This document shows positions 1-9,890 of a stretch of DNA of 64,000 bases, piece by piece (within the stretch, counting starts at the first letter, position 1; each line of letters opens with the position of its first letter). The notes beneath the pieces are model-generated. The model was not told where the DNA came from, did not search any database, and saw only the letters and a program-made list of their open reading frames with translations. Made by a program: the position numbers and the translations under genes. The stretch lies in IMG/VR virus record IMGVR_UViG_3300032313_001035; one strand, 5' to 3'. This DNA is from a virus.

Positions 1-2
1 TC

Positions 3-206
3 AAAATTTATCTAAGCAATTTCGCACCGTTTCGATTGACCGTCGAATACAATGTGACAACAAAAACAATTGGTGACGTAGAACAAATTGATTCTATCGA
101 TATTCTCGGAATGTTTGATGAATTTTATGAACAATTGTCTCTCGATGCTGATAAATTAGAGAGAGTTAAAAAAATAAACGACGAACTATACGAAAAGTGT
201 AAATGA
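3..206 (+). CDS. C-terminal fragment of Mre11/SbcD-like recombination nuclease (T4 gp47-like), truncated by window edge
   Basis: Open frame KIYLSNFAPFRLTVEY...ELYEKCK* whose TGA overlaps the gp46 ATG (ATGA); gp47-gp46 order is conserved in T4-like phages. Confidence 0.65.
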   Translation, partial: KIYLSNFAPFRLTVEYNVTTKTIGDVEQIDSIDILGMFDEFYEQLSLDADKLERVKKINDELYEKCK

Positions 207-1990
207 AAAGTATCAATTTTAAAACGTTAAAGGGGCAAAATTTCCTCAGTATTGGCAACGATCAAATTAATATCGATTTTCAATCTGGGTTCAATCTAAT
301 CACTGGTAAAAATATCGATAATCCTGATAGAGTTAACGGTATTGGAAAATCTAGTATAGCTGAATTGTTTTACTATGCTCTTTTCGGTAAAACAATTCGT
401 GAGCTAAAAAAAGAGTTTATCATCAATAATGTCACCAAAGGCAAAGGTGCTATAGAACTCACGTTTGATGTAAAAACTGAAAACGATGTTCAATCATATA
501 CTGTAAAACGTCAGGTTAAACCTAGCTCAGTGACCTTGCTACAAGGTGATGTTGATATTACAAAAGATTCTATCGCTAACACTGATAAATTCATATGTGA
601 TTTAATAGACTCGAATGCTATCATTTCTCGTAGTTGTGATATATTATCATTATCTGATAACATTCCTTTCATGGCTAAAAAACCAGAAGAGAAGAGAAAA
701 TTTATCAATGATATTTTCTCTCTGGAAATTTTTGGCAAAATGAGTAATGAACTTAAAAATCTTATACGAGACAATAAGAATGATACTAATGTTTCCAGTG
801 CCAAATTGGAGGAAATCAATAATACATTAGATACTCTAAATGCTCAACAAGCGGATTATGAGAAAAAATTAGCTGAAAGAGAACAACTTCTCGAACAAAA
901 AAGAAATGATATTACTAATAAAATCAAAGATATCACAAAATCTATTTCTGCTATAGAAATTTTGGATGTTTCTGAGATATCAAACGAACAAGACAAATAT
1001 CACGAAGCATGGAGAAAATTAGATGGCAAAATCGGGCAAATTAACCACGAGATATCTACTAAAGAGACGCTGCGCCGTTTAAAAATTAATCAAATAAATT
1101 CTGTATCATCTGTCGATATCACTGTCCAATGTGATAAGTGTTTGCAAGATGTTCCTCATACACATATTGAGCATTTGGAAAAACTCAAAGCTCAATATAT
1201 CGAAGAACGAGATGCTATAGATCAAGAAATTAAACAGTTGAATAGTGATAAGCAACAGTATCATGATAAAAAAGGACGCATTCAAAATAAAATTGCCGAA
1301 TTACAAGAACAAATCAATACTTCTAAGTTGAATCGTCAAAAATTGGAAGCTTTTCAAAGACAAATAGAACAATATCAAGAGTCATTGGATAATTTAAAAT
1401 TGGAAGAATTACCCAAGCCAAATTTTGAGGAAAGTATTAATAATACTGAAAAGCGTAAAGTGATTGAAGGTGAAAATCTTAAATTATTGAAGCAAAAATC
1501 TCAGGATTATGATGTTTGTAAATTTGTTCTCAGTGAAGAAGGTGTGAGAAGTTTTGTCGTTAAGCGTTTATTATCGATGATGAACGCTAGTATCCAACAA
1601 TATATAAATGATTTGGGTATGAGCATTCGCTGCAAATTCAATGAATACTTTGACGAACAATTGTCGAACGATAAGGGAATTGAGATATCATATTGGAATC
1701 TAAGTGGCGGCGAAAGACGAACTGTCGATTTAGCATGCGCTTGGGCATTCAAAGATTTGAAACGCAAAATTTCTGGAGTTTCATCGAATGTTGAATTTTT
1801 CGACGAATATCTCGACTCGACACTTGACTCAACTGGTATTGATAAATTGATCGAACAAATCAAATGCCGAATCGACAAATATAATTTGTCTGTATACGTC
1901 ATCTCGCATCGTGTTGAGACTAACAAACATGTTACAGGTGAAATAGTTGAATTGGTTAAAGAAAATGGTATAACCAGACGAATAGCTTGA
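203..1990 (+). CDS. 46: Rad50/SbcC-like recombination ATPase (T4 gp46-like)
   Basis: Walker A NGIGKSS, long coiled coil with CDKC zinc hook, ABC signature LSGGE, Walker B FFDE, H-loop ISH. Confidence 0.95.
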   Translation: MKSINFKTLKGQNFLSIGNDQINIDFQSGFNLITGKNIDNPDRVNGIGKSSIAELFYYALFGKTIRELKKEFIINNVTKGKGAIELTFDVKTENDVQSYTVKRQVKPSSVTLLQGDVDITKDSIANTDKFICDLIDSNAIISRSCDILSLSDNIPFMAKKPEEKRKFINDIFSLEIFGKMSNELKNLIRDNKNDTNVSSAKLEEINNTLDTLNAQQADYEKKLAEREQLLEQKRNDITNKIKDITKSISAIEILDVSEISNEQDKYHEAWRKLDGKIGQINHEISTKETLRRLKINQINSVSSVDITVQCDKCLQDVPHTHIEHLEKLKAQYIEERDAIDQEIKQLNSDKQQYHDKKGRIQNKIAELQEQINTSKLNRQKLEAFQRQIEQYQESLDNLKLEELPKPNFEESINNTEKRKVIEGENLKLLKQKSQDYDVCKFVLSEEGVRSFVVKRLLSMMNASIQQYINDLGMSIRCKFNEYFDEQLSNDKGIEISYWNLSGGERRTVDLACAWAFKDLKRKISGVSSNVEFFDEYLDSTLDSTGIDKLIEQIKCRIDKYNLSVYVISHRVETNKHVTGEIVELVKENGITRRIA

Positions 1991-2016
1991 CAAAATAGAT
2001 TGTAGAAATATATAAT
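1987..2016 (+). promoter_or_regulatory. sigma70-like promoter directly abutting start codon
   Basis: TTGACA 1987-1992 and TATATAAT 2009-2016, ATG at 2020. Confidence 0.7.
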
Positions 2017-2019
2017 ATC

Positions 2020-3225
2020 ATGTTTCTACAATCTCCTTTTGCAGCATCGCCGTTCGTATCACCATTTCCACAAAATGGAATACAAATTTCTCAGCCTATT
2101 AAACCTGTTGAAAAAGGCAATACTTATTTGAATTTTTTAGCTGACCGACAAGGGTGTGGTCAATGGCGAATCGGATGGGCTGAACATCATATCAATATGT
2201 CAAATATGGGCGAATCTACGTCCGTGACGAAAATGATTTTTGATAAAGGATGGTATCGTGATATTAAAACCATCAAATTGCAGCGTCAGGCATCTACAAT
2301 GCAAAAAGAATTTTTCCAATTTCTTAAAAGTATTCAAGAAGAAATGGGATTCAAAATAATTTACGAAGTTGATGATGTCGTCTTTTACGAAGAAATACCT
2401 GACTATAATATTTTTAAAGAATCATTTGCCAATGACGAGGTGAGACAGAATTGTGTTGACATGATTAGAATGGCTGATGAAGTTACTGTCACATGTAAAT
2501 ACATGCGAGATCTATTCATCGAGAAAACTGGACAATTTAAAACTTCAGTAGTTCCAAATTTCCCACCCGAATGGTGGATCGGACATCAATATGATTATAA
2601 TAAGATCGTCCATACTCACACAAAACACAAAAATCGACCAAGAATTTTATATTCTGGTTCAGGTGCTCACTTCGATGTTAAAAATATCACCAACCAGCAG
2701 GACGATTTTTCACACGTGATAAAATTTATAGTTGATAATCGATATAAATATCAATTTATTTTCATCGGTTCTTACCCACCACCTCTACATAAATATATCG
2801 AAAATAAAGAAATTGAATTTTATCCATGGCAAACATTGATGAACTACCCAACATTTATTTCGTCTTTGAATGTTCAGATGATGTTGGCTCCTTTGATGGA
2901 TATACCTTTCAACAGGTCAAAATCTGATATTAAATATATCGAAGGTGCTTGTTTGGGTATTCCTTGTATGTGCCAAGACATGGTGACATATCAGGATGCT
3001 CCAGATTTCCTCAAATTTAAAGATTCGGAAGACTTGGCAGTAAAGACTGAATATCTCTTAAACTGGAAAAATAGTAAAAAATATTATCAACTTGTAAAAG
3101 AATTGAGAAAATTGGGAGAAACTAGATTTTTAGAAAGACCAGAGAATATCGGCGCATTCATGGAAGCACTGAATACTCCTCATGGCGATCTCAGTAGAAA
3201 ATATTTGAGACCTTGGAATGATTAA
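2020..3225 (+). CDS. Putative GT-B glycosyltransferase
   Basis: GCGQWR, IYEVDD, ADEVTVT, APLMD..FNRSKSDIKYIE.AC.GIP motifs typical of phage GT4-like enzymes. Confidence 0.7.
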   Translation: MFLQSPFAASPFVSPFPQNGIQISQPIKPVEKGNTYLNFLADRQGCGQWRIGWAEHHINMSNMGESTSVTKMIFDKGWYRDIKTIKLQRQASTMQKEFFQFLKSIQEEMGFKIIYEVDDVVFYEEIPDYNIFKESFANDEVRQNCVDMIRMADEVTVTCKYMRDLFIEKTGQFKTSVVPNFPPEWWIGHQYDYNKIVHTHTKHKNRPRILYSGSGAHFDVKNITNQQDDFSHVIKFIVDNRYKYQFIFIGSYPPPLHKYIENKEIEFYPWQTLMNYPTFISSLNVQMMLAPLMDIPFNRSKSDIKYIEGACLGIPCMCQDMVTYQDAPDFLKFKDSEDLAVKTEYLLNWKNSKKYYQLVKELRKLGETRFLERPENIGAFMEALNTPHGDLSRKYLRPWND

Positions 3226-3503
3226 TTTCTAGTGAACTCGGAATATTGAGCTAGAGTTGGTCGAAGGCGTTCAAACATCGCTTTTAAATTGTCATACGGT
3301 GTCTTATTTGAAGGATTTTCGAAAAATCTCTCTCTGTTGTTTTGATAATAAGCTATTGTTCCTTTTAAATATTTTTCAATATATGATGAAATTTCATTCA
3401 TTTCAGCTTTCATCTTTTCGGTCAAAGCGTCATAATTATCGTATGATGATTGAAAATCCATACTCTCATAAATCTTGCTCAAATCTTCGAAATAATTATC
3501 CAT
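3222..3503 (-). CDS. Hypothetical late protein, possible internal head protein
   Basis: TAAATA 5 nt upstream of ATG; N-terminus MDNYFEDLSKIYES. Confidence 0.6.
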   Translation of the reverse strand: MDNYFEDLSKIYESMDFQSSYDNYDALTEKMKAEMNEISSYIEKYLKGTIAYYQNNRERFFENPSNKTPYDNLKAMFERLRPTLAQYSEFTRN

Positions 3504-3564
3504 AACATTATTTATCTTAAATGATGACTTTTTAAAACATGTGGTAAATAGGGTCGATTACTAT

Positions 3565-4968
3565 TTATCGGCTTATCTCTTCCCAGTCCATTGAAGCATA
3601 AACGTCATCTCCATTGTCTCTACTAGCAACAGCTAGAGTAAGTTCATAAGCTGTATTAGTAAATGAATTTCTTTCCAATTGGAATTTAAACAAGGCTTCT
3701 TTCAAGATATCTGTGGTAATGGTCGTTGAATTACTGGAAGTTAAAAAGCCAGATGCCAATACTCGTCCACCTGTTATACTAGTTGCATCAAGTTTATATT
3801 CAACACCTGAGTTATCACCTGCAGAAACCCAACCAGCGCCACCTGCTGTTACACCACTAGCAATAACACGCCAGTTATATACACCCGTTCCAACACCCAT
3901 TATAGATAACGCTGTTAAAATAACAATAGCATCTAATCTAGTGGACTTTAAACGTATTGTAACAACGGGTATATACGCACTAGCATTACCAAGATCTCTC
4001 GGATTTTCAATATCTGTACCAACTGCTTGCTGTATACCTCTTAGTTCGTAACCACCTTCGGAAATAACTGAACTGCAAACTTGCTTCAATTTACTCGGGC
4101 CTGAAGTTGCAGCTTTATTCTCAATTTCATATCTAAGCGGTAATGATGCAGTTGTAATGTATGTTGAATCAATTAAGTTAGCGTGATGGAAGTAATGACA
4201 AGGTACAAACCGACCATTGATAACAAATCCTGTTCTCACAGTACCTAATCCAAGCCATTCGATATCCATCCATAAAATTTGAGCCTTTGTAATATCGAGA
4301 GTGAGTCCAGATGGTCCTGAACCATCCAAGCGATCTACATTCCATTGTGATTGCGAGATACGGCTCTCCACAAGTGAACCTGTTGTAATACTACGCTCAA
4401 CCATGGATAGTGTACTACCGTCTAGTTCTAAGTAGATTCCATTATCAACACCAAAATAACCGACACGTTGTCTCAGATTTGTTTTAGCTTGGTTGAATGT
4501 AAATGTATTTAAAACTTGTAAACTCTTACCAGGTTGATAAGAAAATACTTTTGTAGTTTCGCGGTATATTTTAGAACCGCTTAGTGCATCAACCTTTAAC
4601 TCTACAAGACCTTGTGTTTGAACAAATTGAGAGGAAGCAGAGGTTGTCGTAGTTCCACCTGTAAGTGTTGACCAAAGGTTGTTATCTGTATATCTATGCG
4701 ATGAGTCGAAAAGAGTTAAGGGGCTCGATGTTCTTGTTCTACCGAACGCATCACTAGCCATATTGAAATTACCCGTATAGTCGGTAGCAGTATCATCGAT
4801 ATTTTTTACCAAAACTGCATATTTTGGATATTCAATTATTCGAACAGGACCAAAAGATGGATCTGTTATTGCCGATGTTGCTGGAAATCTAGCATCATTT
4901 ACGATTTCAACAAATTTTCCGCTTTCGGTATTTGCAGCATTTGTCCACACTTTGGTATTGATTGGCAT
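3565..4968 (-). CDS. Virion structural protein (beta-rich, type seen in T4-like aquatic phages)
   Basis: DAFGRTRTSSPLTLFDS, YQPGKS, WLGLG and LPLRYEI blocks; TAAATA 5 nt upstream. Confidence 0.6.
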   Translation of the reverse strand: MPINTKVWTNAANTESGKFVEIVNDARFPATSAITDPSFGPVRIIEYPKYAVLVKNIDDTATDYTGNFNMASDAFGRTRTSSPLTLFDSSHRYTDNNLWSTLTGGTTTTSASSQFVQTQGLVELKVDALSGSKIYRETTKVFSYQPGKSLQVLNTFTFNQAKTNLRQRVGYFGVDNGIYLELDGSTLSMVERSITTGSLVESRISQSQWNVDRLDGSGPSGLTLDITKAQILWMDIEWLGLGTVRTGFVINGRFVPCHYFHHANLIDSTYITTASLPLRYEIENKAATSGPSKLKQVCSSVISEGGYELRGIQQAVGTDIENPRDLGNASAYIPVVTIRLKSTRLDAIVILTALSIMGVGTGVYNWRVIASGVTAGGAGWVSAGDNSGVEYKLDATSITGGRVLASGFLTSSNSTTITTDILKEALFKFQLERNSFTNTAYELTLAVASRDNGDDVYASMDWEEISR

Positions 4969-5004
4969 ATTTATATTTAATCATCTAATGAAATTAATAT
5001 AATA

Positions 5005-5032
5005 TTGACTTCTGCATTTTATGATTTACAAT
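5005..5032 (+). promoter_or_regulatory. sigma70-like promoter of DNA polymerase
   Basis: TTGACT-N16-TACAAT, then 6 nt to ATG 5039. Confidence 0.65.
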
Positions 5033-5038
5033 TTTTCT

Positions 5039-7564
5039 ATGTATAGAAATTGTGTTTACAACAACCGTGAGAAAAAGGTATTTCTCTGGACGTGGAACGA
5101 TAGAGGCGAGAGAGTAAAGGAGGAATGGGATTTCAAACCATACATCCTCTTGGAAGATAAGAACGGTGATGAAAAATCTATTTACGGCACTAAACTAAAA
5201 AAGAAAGAATTTGATTCTGGATATGATAGAAATCAATTCATAAAGGATAGCAACATCAAAAGAATTTATGAGAATCTACCACCCTATCAGCAATATCTGA
5301 TTGATAACTACTGGTCGATTTGCGAAAACGATGAGTTTTCACAATATCCATTAAAAGTCGCTTATTTAGATTTGGAAAACCCGAAAGCCGATGGTTTTCC
5401 AGACCCCGAATTAGCAGATTCTGTCATTAATTTGATCACTTGTTATGATTCATTCAGCAAAATCTATCATGTATTTGGTTTGAAAAATTTCCATACGACG
5501 AGAGATGATGTGAAATATTATTGGTGTAAATCCGAACACGATTTGTTAAAATCTTTTATCAAATTCTTCAGAAAAGAAGAGTTCGATGTCATCACATCAT
5601 GGAACGGTGCAGCATATGATATACCTACATTGGTGAACCGTATCACATTTGAATTGGGTAAAGAATGGGCTGACAAATTATCACCAATTGGTAGGATTTA
5701 TGAAAAGACAAATCCTACAGGTAAATTTGGTATGCCTACAAAAGAATATGTCATCGAGGGTATTTCGTCGTTGGACTACTATGTAATATATCAGAAATTT
5801 AATCTGGAAAAACAAGAGTCGTATAAACTCGATCATATCGGAGAGGTAGAACTCGGCATTAACAAAATCCAACACGAAGGTAATTTGTGGGAACTTTCCA
5901 AAAACGATTGGTATACTTACACCAACTACAACATACGAGACGTTGAAATTTTGGTGAAACTGGAAGAGAAAAAGGGTTACATTTCACTATTACGTTTCCT
6001 CGCATACACAGGATTGTGTGATTTAGAAAATGCTATCAAGACCGTCCCTCCTATGAATGGAGCTATCGCCATACGTGCGCGTATGCGCGGGGAGTATATT
6101 CCTACTTTCATACGTCCAGTCACTGACTACAAAGCACCAGGTGGATACGTAGCAGAGCCACGTATTGGATTTGCTGAAGATATTGTATCATTCGATGCCA
6201 ATTCACTATACCCATCTGTAATGATATCTTTGAATTTATCACCAGAGACTAAAATAGGTAGGGTTGAAAAAATTAATGATGTTATCAAAATTCATCATGT
6301 ATCAGGTCGAATTTTTGAGATGTCTTCGGATAATTTTAAGAAATATATCGCCGAAGAAAAAGCATCATTAACAAAAGCTGGTTTCTTATTCTCACAGAAA
6401 AAAGTTGGATTGGTTCCCGAATTCTTGGATAACCTTTACACCAAACGTAAAGAAATGAAGGGTAAAATGTTGGATTGTCGAAAAAAAGGCGATAAAGAGG
6501 GCGAACAAAAATTCGATACTATTCAATACGCCTATAAAATTCACCTTAATTCTTTATATGGTTACATGTTAAACAAATATGCCCCCATGGGTGATGAAGA
6601 CATAGGAACATCTGTTACTCTGACTGGTCAAGCTGTAATCAAAAAGAGTAATGAGTTATTTTTGGAATACATGACTCAAAAGTTGGACACCACTGTCGAT
6701 ATTGAAAAATCATTGATTTACAATGATACTGATGCTCTTTATGTATCATTGAGCATGTTGAAAGCTAAAGGTTTGGTGTTGAAAGATGGTGATAAGGTAT
6801 CAACAGAATTTTACAAGGAGTGTCAGGATATTGAAAATCATATCAATAGCGGTATTAACAAATGGGCTATCAAGAGTTTGAGAAGTAATGACCCTAGATT
6901 TGTATTCAAACGTGAATCCATTTGTGACCGTGGTATCTTTATTGGTAAGAAATACTACGTCCTACACACCCTTGACGAAGAAGGTGTTGTTACTGATAAA
7001 TTCAAATATAAAGGCGTTGATGTTGTTAAAACTACTATGCCTAAAAAGGTCAAACCATATGTCAAGAAAGTCATCGAGCATATGATTCTGTCAAAATCGT
7101 TGAAAGAAACAAACGACATCTTCAACGAAGCATATGAAGCATTTAAAAATTTATCAATTGAGGAAATATCCAAAATATCTGGTATGAATAACTATGCAGA
7201 ATATTCTGCAAGATGTAATGGTATGACAACCTGTAAAGGTATGCCATCTCATTTGAAAGCGGCATACTATCACGATTTAATTTTAGACCAAGTTGGATTG
7301 GCATCGAAATATGATAAATTTAAAACTGGTGATAAGGTTCGAATTGTGTATGTCAAAAAGCCCAATCGTTATGATATTGATATGATAGGATTTAAAGACC
7401 GATGGATATCAGAATATGATAATATTTTTAAGGTGGATTATGAAAAGATGTTTGGTAAAATATTCTATGCCGCCATCGAAAGATTTTATAATGCTGTAGG
7501 GTGGACATTGCGAAAACCTACTGAAAACTTAGTAGCGGAAATCGAAGATATTTTCGGAGAATAA
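5039..7564 (+). CDS. 43: Family B DNA polymerase (T4 gp43-like)
   Basis: Exo motifs DLE, SWNG..YD, YN..DV; pol motifs SFDANSLYPS, KIHLNSLYG, YNDTDA, KKYY, KGVD. Start moved from 5021 to 5039 on promoter spacing. Confidence 0.96.
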   Translation: MYRNCVYNNREKKVFLWTWNDRGERVKEEWDFKPYILLEDKNGDEKSIYGTKLKKKEFDSGYDRNQFIKDSNIKRIYENLPPYQQYLIDNYWSICENDEFSQYPLKVAYLDLENPKADGFPDPELADSVINLITCYDSFSKIYHVFGLKNFHTTRDDVKYYWCKSEHDLLKSFIKFFRKEEFDVITSWNGAAYDIPTLVNRITFELGKEWADKLSPIGRIYEKTNPTGKFGMPTKEYVIEGISSLDYYVIYQKFNLEKQESYKLDHIGEVELGINKIQHEGNLWELSKNDWYTYTNYNIRDVEILVKLEEKKGYISLLRFLAYTGLCDLENAIKTVPPMNGAIAIRARMRGEYIPTFIRPVTDYKAPGGYVAEPRIGFAEDIVSFDANSLYPSVMISLNLSPETKIGRVEKINDVIKIHHVSGRIFEMSSDNFKKYIAEEKASLTKAGFLFSQKKVGLVPEFLDNLYTKRKEMKGKMLDCRKKGDKEGEQKFDTIQYAYKIHLNSLYGYMLNKYAPMGDEDIGTSVTLTGQAVIKKSNELFLEYMTQKLDTTVDIEKSLIYNDTDALYVSLSMLKAKGLVLKDGDKVSTEFYKECQDIENHINSGINKWAIKSLRSNDPRFVFKRESICDRGIFIGKKYYVLHTLDEEGVVTDKFKYKGVDVVKTTMPKKVKPYVKKVIEHMILSKSLKETNDIFNEAYEAFKNLSIEEISKISGMNNYAEYSARCNGMTTCKGMPSHLKAAYYHDLILDQVGLASKYDKFKTGDKVRIVYVKKPNRYDIDMIGFKDRWISEYDNIFKVDYEKMFGKIFYAAIERFYNAVGWTLRKPTENLVAEIEDIFGE

Positions 7565-7586
7565 TAAAACCGTGATAAATAGTTGT

Positions 7587-7952
7587 ATGGAATTTACAAA
7601 TTTATTTGAAAAACTTATGACAAAACTTACGGATACTATGTTCCCTACTTTTGTTAAAAAAAGAGCAGATGGTGCTAAAAAAATAGAAGATGCTGCTAGA
7701 AGCAAAGGGATGTATGCTATCCTTACTGCATACCATTTTGCGGGTAAAGTCAAACCTTATGCTGATGCTTTAAAGAAAGCTGCAAAAGAAGATAAAGAAT
7801 CTCACTTTAAAGCCAAGTATGAGGAAGCTTATGACAAACTTAAAGATTTAGATTCTCTTTCACAAAAAGATTTTCAAATGATTACGGGAACTTTGGAAGC
7901 ATACGGTGAAGTTTACATTCAAGCAAATAAACCAAAAGATTATTCAAAATAA
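7587..7952 (+). CDS. Hypothetical late protein
   Basis: TAAATA 7576-7581, ATG 7587 (MEFTNLFEKL). Confidence 0.6.
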   Translation: MEFTNLFEKLMTKLTDTMFPTFVKKRADGAKKIEDAARSKGMYAILTAYHFAGKVKPYADALKKAAKEDKESHFKAKYEEAYDKLKDLDSLSQKDFQMITGTLEAYGEVYIQANKPKDYSK

Positions 7953-7983
7953 ATAAAAAAAAATATTTGAGATAAATATATAT

Positions 7984-8607
7984 ATGACAAACAACGATAT
8001 TAAACTTTTGGCAGAAGCTTATGCGCTGATTAATGAGATTTCCAGTGATCGAGTGAGATCCGCTCTGCGTAATACCCCATCATCTGGACATAAATACGAT
8101 GATGAGCGTAGACTATCCGCATCCCGTAAAGCAACTTTGAAAGATTTTACGGATTCTAATCTTCCTGTTATTTGGGGTAGGGGTAAAAATCCCAATAGAC
8201 AAAAACAAGCTTTTAAAGTTAAGTTGGAGAAAAACGGTTTTAAAGGATTCCATTCTTTTCTGTGGAGACCAGACTCGTATGGATTAACGATGAGTGCATA
8301 TCTTATACCCGCAAATGGTGAATATGATCCAAATAATACGACAATGTTAGGAATGACTACTGAAGGGCGGCTATATACAGATAATTTTCCAAGCTTATAT
8401 TTGGTTGATCGTTCAGATGCGAATAAATTTTTACAACAAATTCGAAACTACATGTCTTTTGCTTCTACCTCTGATGATCAATCATTGACGAGAAATATTG
8501 AAAACGCAAAACCTTTCATAGACTCTTTGAGACCGCAGCAACTCAATATTAATACTCCAGATGATGAAGAATTGCTACAACAAATAAGAATTCTTAAAAA
8601 TAATTGA
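7984..8607 (+). CDS. Hypothetical late protein, possible internal head protein
   Basis: TAAATA 5 nt upstream; MTNNDIKLLAEAYALINE N-terminus. Confidence 0.6.
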   Translation: MTNNDIKLLAEAYALINEISSDRVRSALRNTPSSGHKYDDERRLSASRKATLKDFTDSNLPVIWGRGKNPNRQKQAFKVKLEKNGFKGFHSFLWRPDSYGLTMSAYLIPANGEYDPNNTTMLGMTTEGRLYTDNFPSLYLVDRSDANKFLQQIRNYMSFASTSDDQSLTRNIENAKPFIDSLRPQQLNINTPDDEELLQQIRILKNN

Positions 8608-8688
8608 GTTCGAAAAAATAATCGTACAATTACTCTTCAAATACGAGTGAAAAAATAGAATTTTAGACGATTTAGTCGAATAAAATTC

Positions 8689-8742
8689 TTGCATTTTATT
8701 ATAAACACACTAAATACTCTTGTTAGGCACAACACCCTAACA
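8689..8742 (+). promoter_or_regulatory. Promoter plus 5' stem-loop
   Basis: TTGCAT-N16-TAAATA (8689-8716), then hairpin TGTTAGG-cacaacac-CCTAACA (8721-8742). Confidence 0.55.
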
Positions 8743-8755
8743 TTACACAAACACA

Positions 8756-8995
8756 ATGAATACAAACAAAAATGCATACGAGATAAGGCTCGATATATTG
8801 AGCATCGCACATGGTGATTTAATGACAGTTTTCCACGAGAAACTGCATAACACCAAAAAGAGAATGGTCGGCGACCAAGACGATTGCTGGGTGGAAGATA
8901 AAATTGATGAGAAGATTATCAGTGATTTGCTTCCAACTTCAGAAGCTATTATTAAACGCGCTAAAGAATTATACGCATTTGTAGAGAATGTATAA
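8756..8995 (+). CDS. Small conserved phage protein (AYEIRL...IIKRAKELYAFV type)
   Basis: 79-aa ORF with N- and C-terminal helical motifs recalled from T4-like phage hypotheticals. Confidence 0.7.
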   Translation: MNTNKNAYEIRLDILSIAHGDLMTVFHEKLHNTKKRMVGDQDDCWVEDKIDEKIISDLLPTSEAIIKRAKELYAFVENV

Positions 8996-9078
8996 AGATT
9001 GTTGATAGGTCGCTCCTATCTGATCTGGAATACGCAGGAGGAAGTCCAGTGAGAATGATGATAAACCCTGCACAATTT
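8996..9078 (+). ncRNA. Candidate structured RNA (hairpin plus H-type pseudoknot inside a closing stem)
   Basis: GATAGG/CCTATC hairpin, crossed pairings CTGGA/TCCAG and GCAGG/CCTGC, outer AGATTGT/ACAATTT; locally GC-rich intergenic DNA. Confidence 0.45.
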
Positions 9079-9080
9079 TT

Positions 9081-9293
9081 ATGATTTTGCAATTAAATCC
9101 CACCATACCTATGGATACGCCCAAGGGTAAAGGGTATGCCCATTTTCTTATAGATTATTCACAAGAACATGATTTATTTTGGGTTGTTTTCATAAATGAC
9201 ACAAAAGAATGCTGGACTTTTAAAAATTCTGTGATAAAAATAGAGAACAACGCGACATTGACAAATAATTATGACAATACAAGAGGCATATAA
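9081..9293 (+). CDS. Conserved hypothetical phage protein
   Basis: MILQLNPTIP..TPKG.G.A..LIDYS.EH...WVV....ECWT pattern. Confidence 0.7.
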   Translation: MILQLNPTIPMDTPKGKGYAHFLIDYSQEHDLFWVVFINDTKECWTFKNSVIKIENNATLTNNYDNTRGI

Positions 9294-9522
9294 TAAAGGT
9301 TTGAACGATGCGGAAAATAATATTATTAATAACTTTATCAATATTTTAAATGATAAAGAATTTGATATTGCTTTCCCTAATCCTAAATTAGAAATCGTTC
9401 GAAAAGTAATTAAGGAGAGATCCGATTATTACTTTAAGATGGCTGAAGGATCTCATGGCATAGCCAGAGGTTTTCAGAAAAAAATAGAAACCCACAAATT
9501 AGAGCTTGAAAAAGCCAAATAA
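9271..9522 (+). CDS. Hypothetical protein
   Basis: 83-aa ORF co-oriented and overlapping the upstream gene. Confidence 0.55.
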   Translation: MTIQEAYNKGLNDAENNIINNFINILNDKEFDIAFPNPKLEIVRKVIKERSDYYFKMAEGSHGIARGFQKKIETHKLELEKAK

Positions 9523-9547
9523 TATACTAAATTGAGATATAACAAAT

Positions 9548-9889
9548 ATGAAAAGTACATACGTAGCATTAATTGATCAGGTTGGACGGAATATCATCGG
9601 CACACTTGTTTCGCAAACGGAAACAAGCATTACCCTATATAATCCAGTAATTCTTTACACCCAACCGACACAGAACAAACAACTCCAAGTTCAGAGTTTT
9701 CCAGTATTCTTTTTTGAATTCATTTCGAAAGAGCATCGCGATCAAAACAATTGGACTTATCCTAAATCCTCTGTGGTGATTAGTGATGTGGTGCTGGATG
9801 ATAACATTATCAAACAATACCTCGCTATTAATACCCCATCAATACCTGAGCCTGAAAAAGGTAAAATCGTAAGTATCGAAGATCTATAA
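9548..9889 (+). CDS. Hypothetical protein, possibly Sm-like beta fold
   Basis: IIGTLV....ITLYNPV pattern; immediately upstream of uvsX. Confidence 0.55.
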   Translation: MKSTYVALIDQVGRNIIGTLVSQTETSITLYNPVILYTQPTQNKQLQVQSFPVFFFEFISKEHRDQNNWTYPKSSVVISDVVLDDNIIKQYLAINTPSIPEPEKGKIVSIEDL

Positions 9890-9890
9890 T

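Noticed and set aside
8996-9078. tRNA, hammerhead or HDV-like ribozyme assignment
   Set aside because: No cloverleaf or TTC loop, no CUGAUGA/GAAA core, and too little space for the HDV P3/L3; kept only as an unassigned structure
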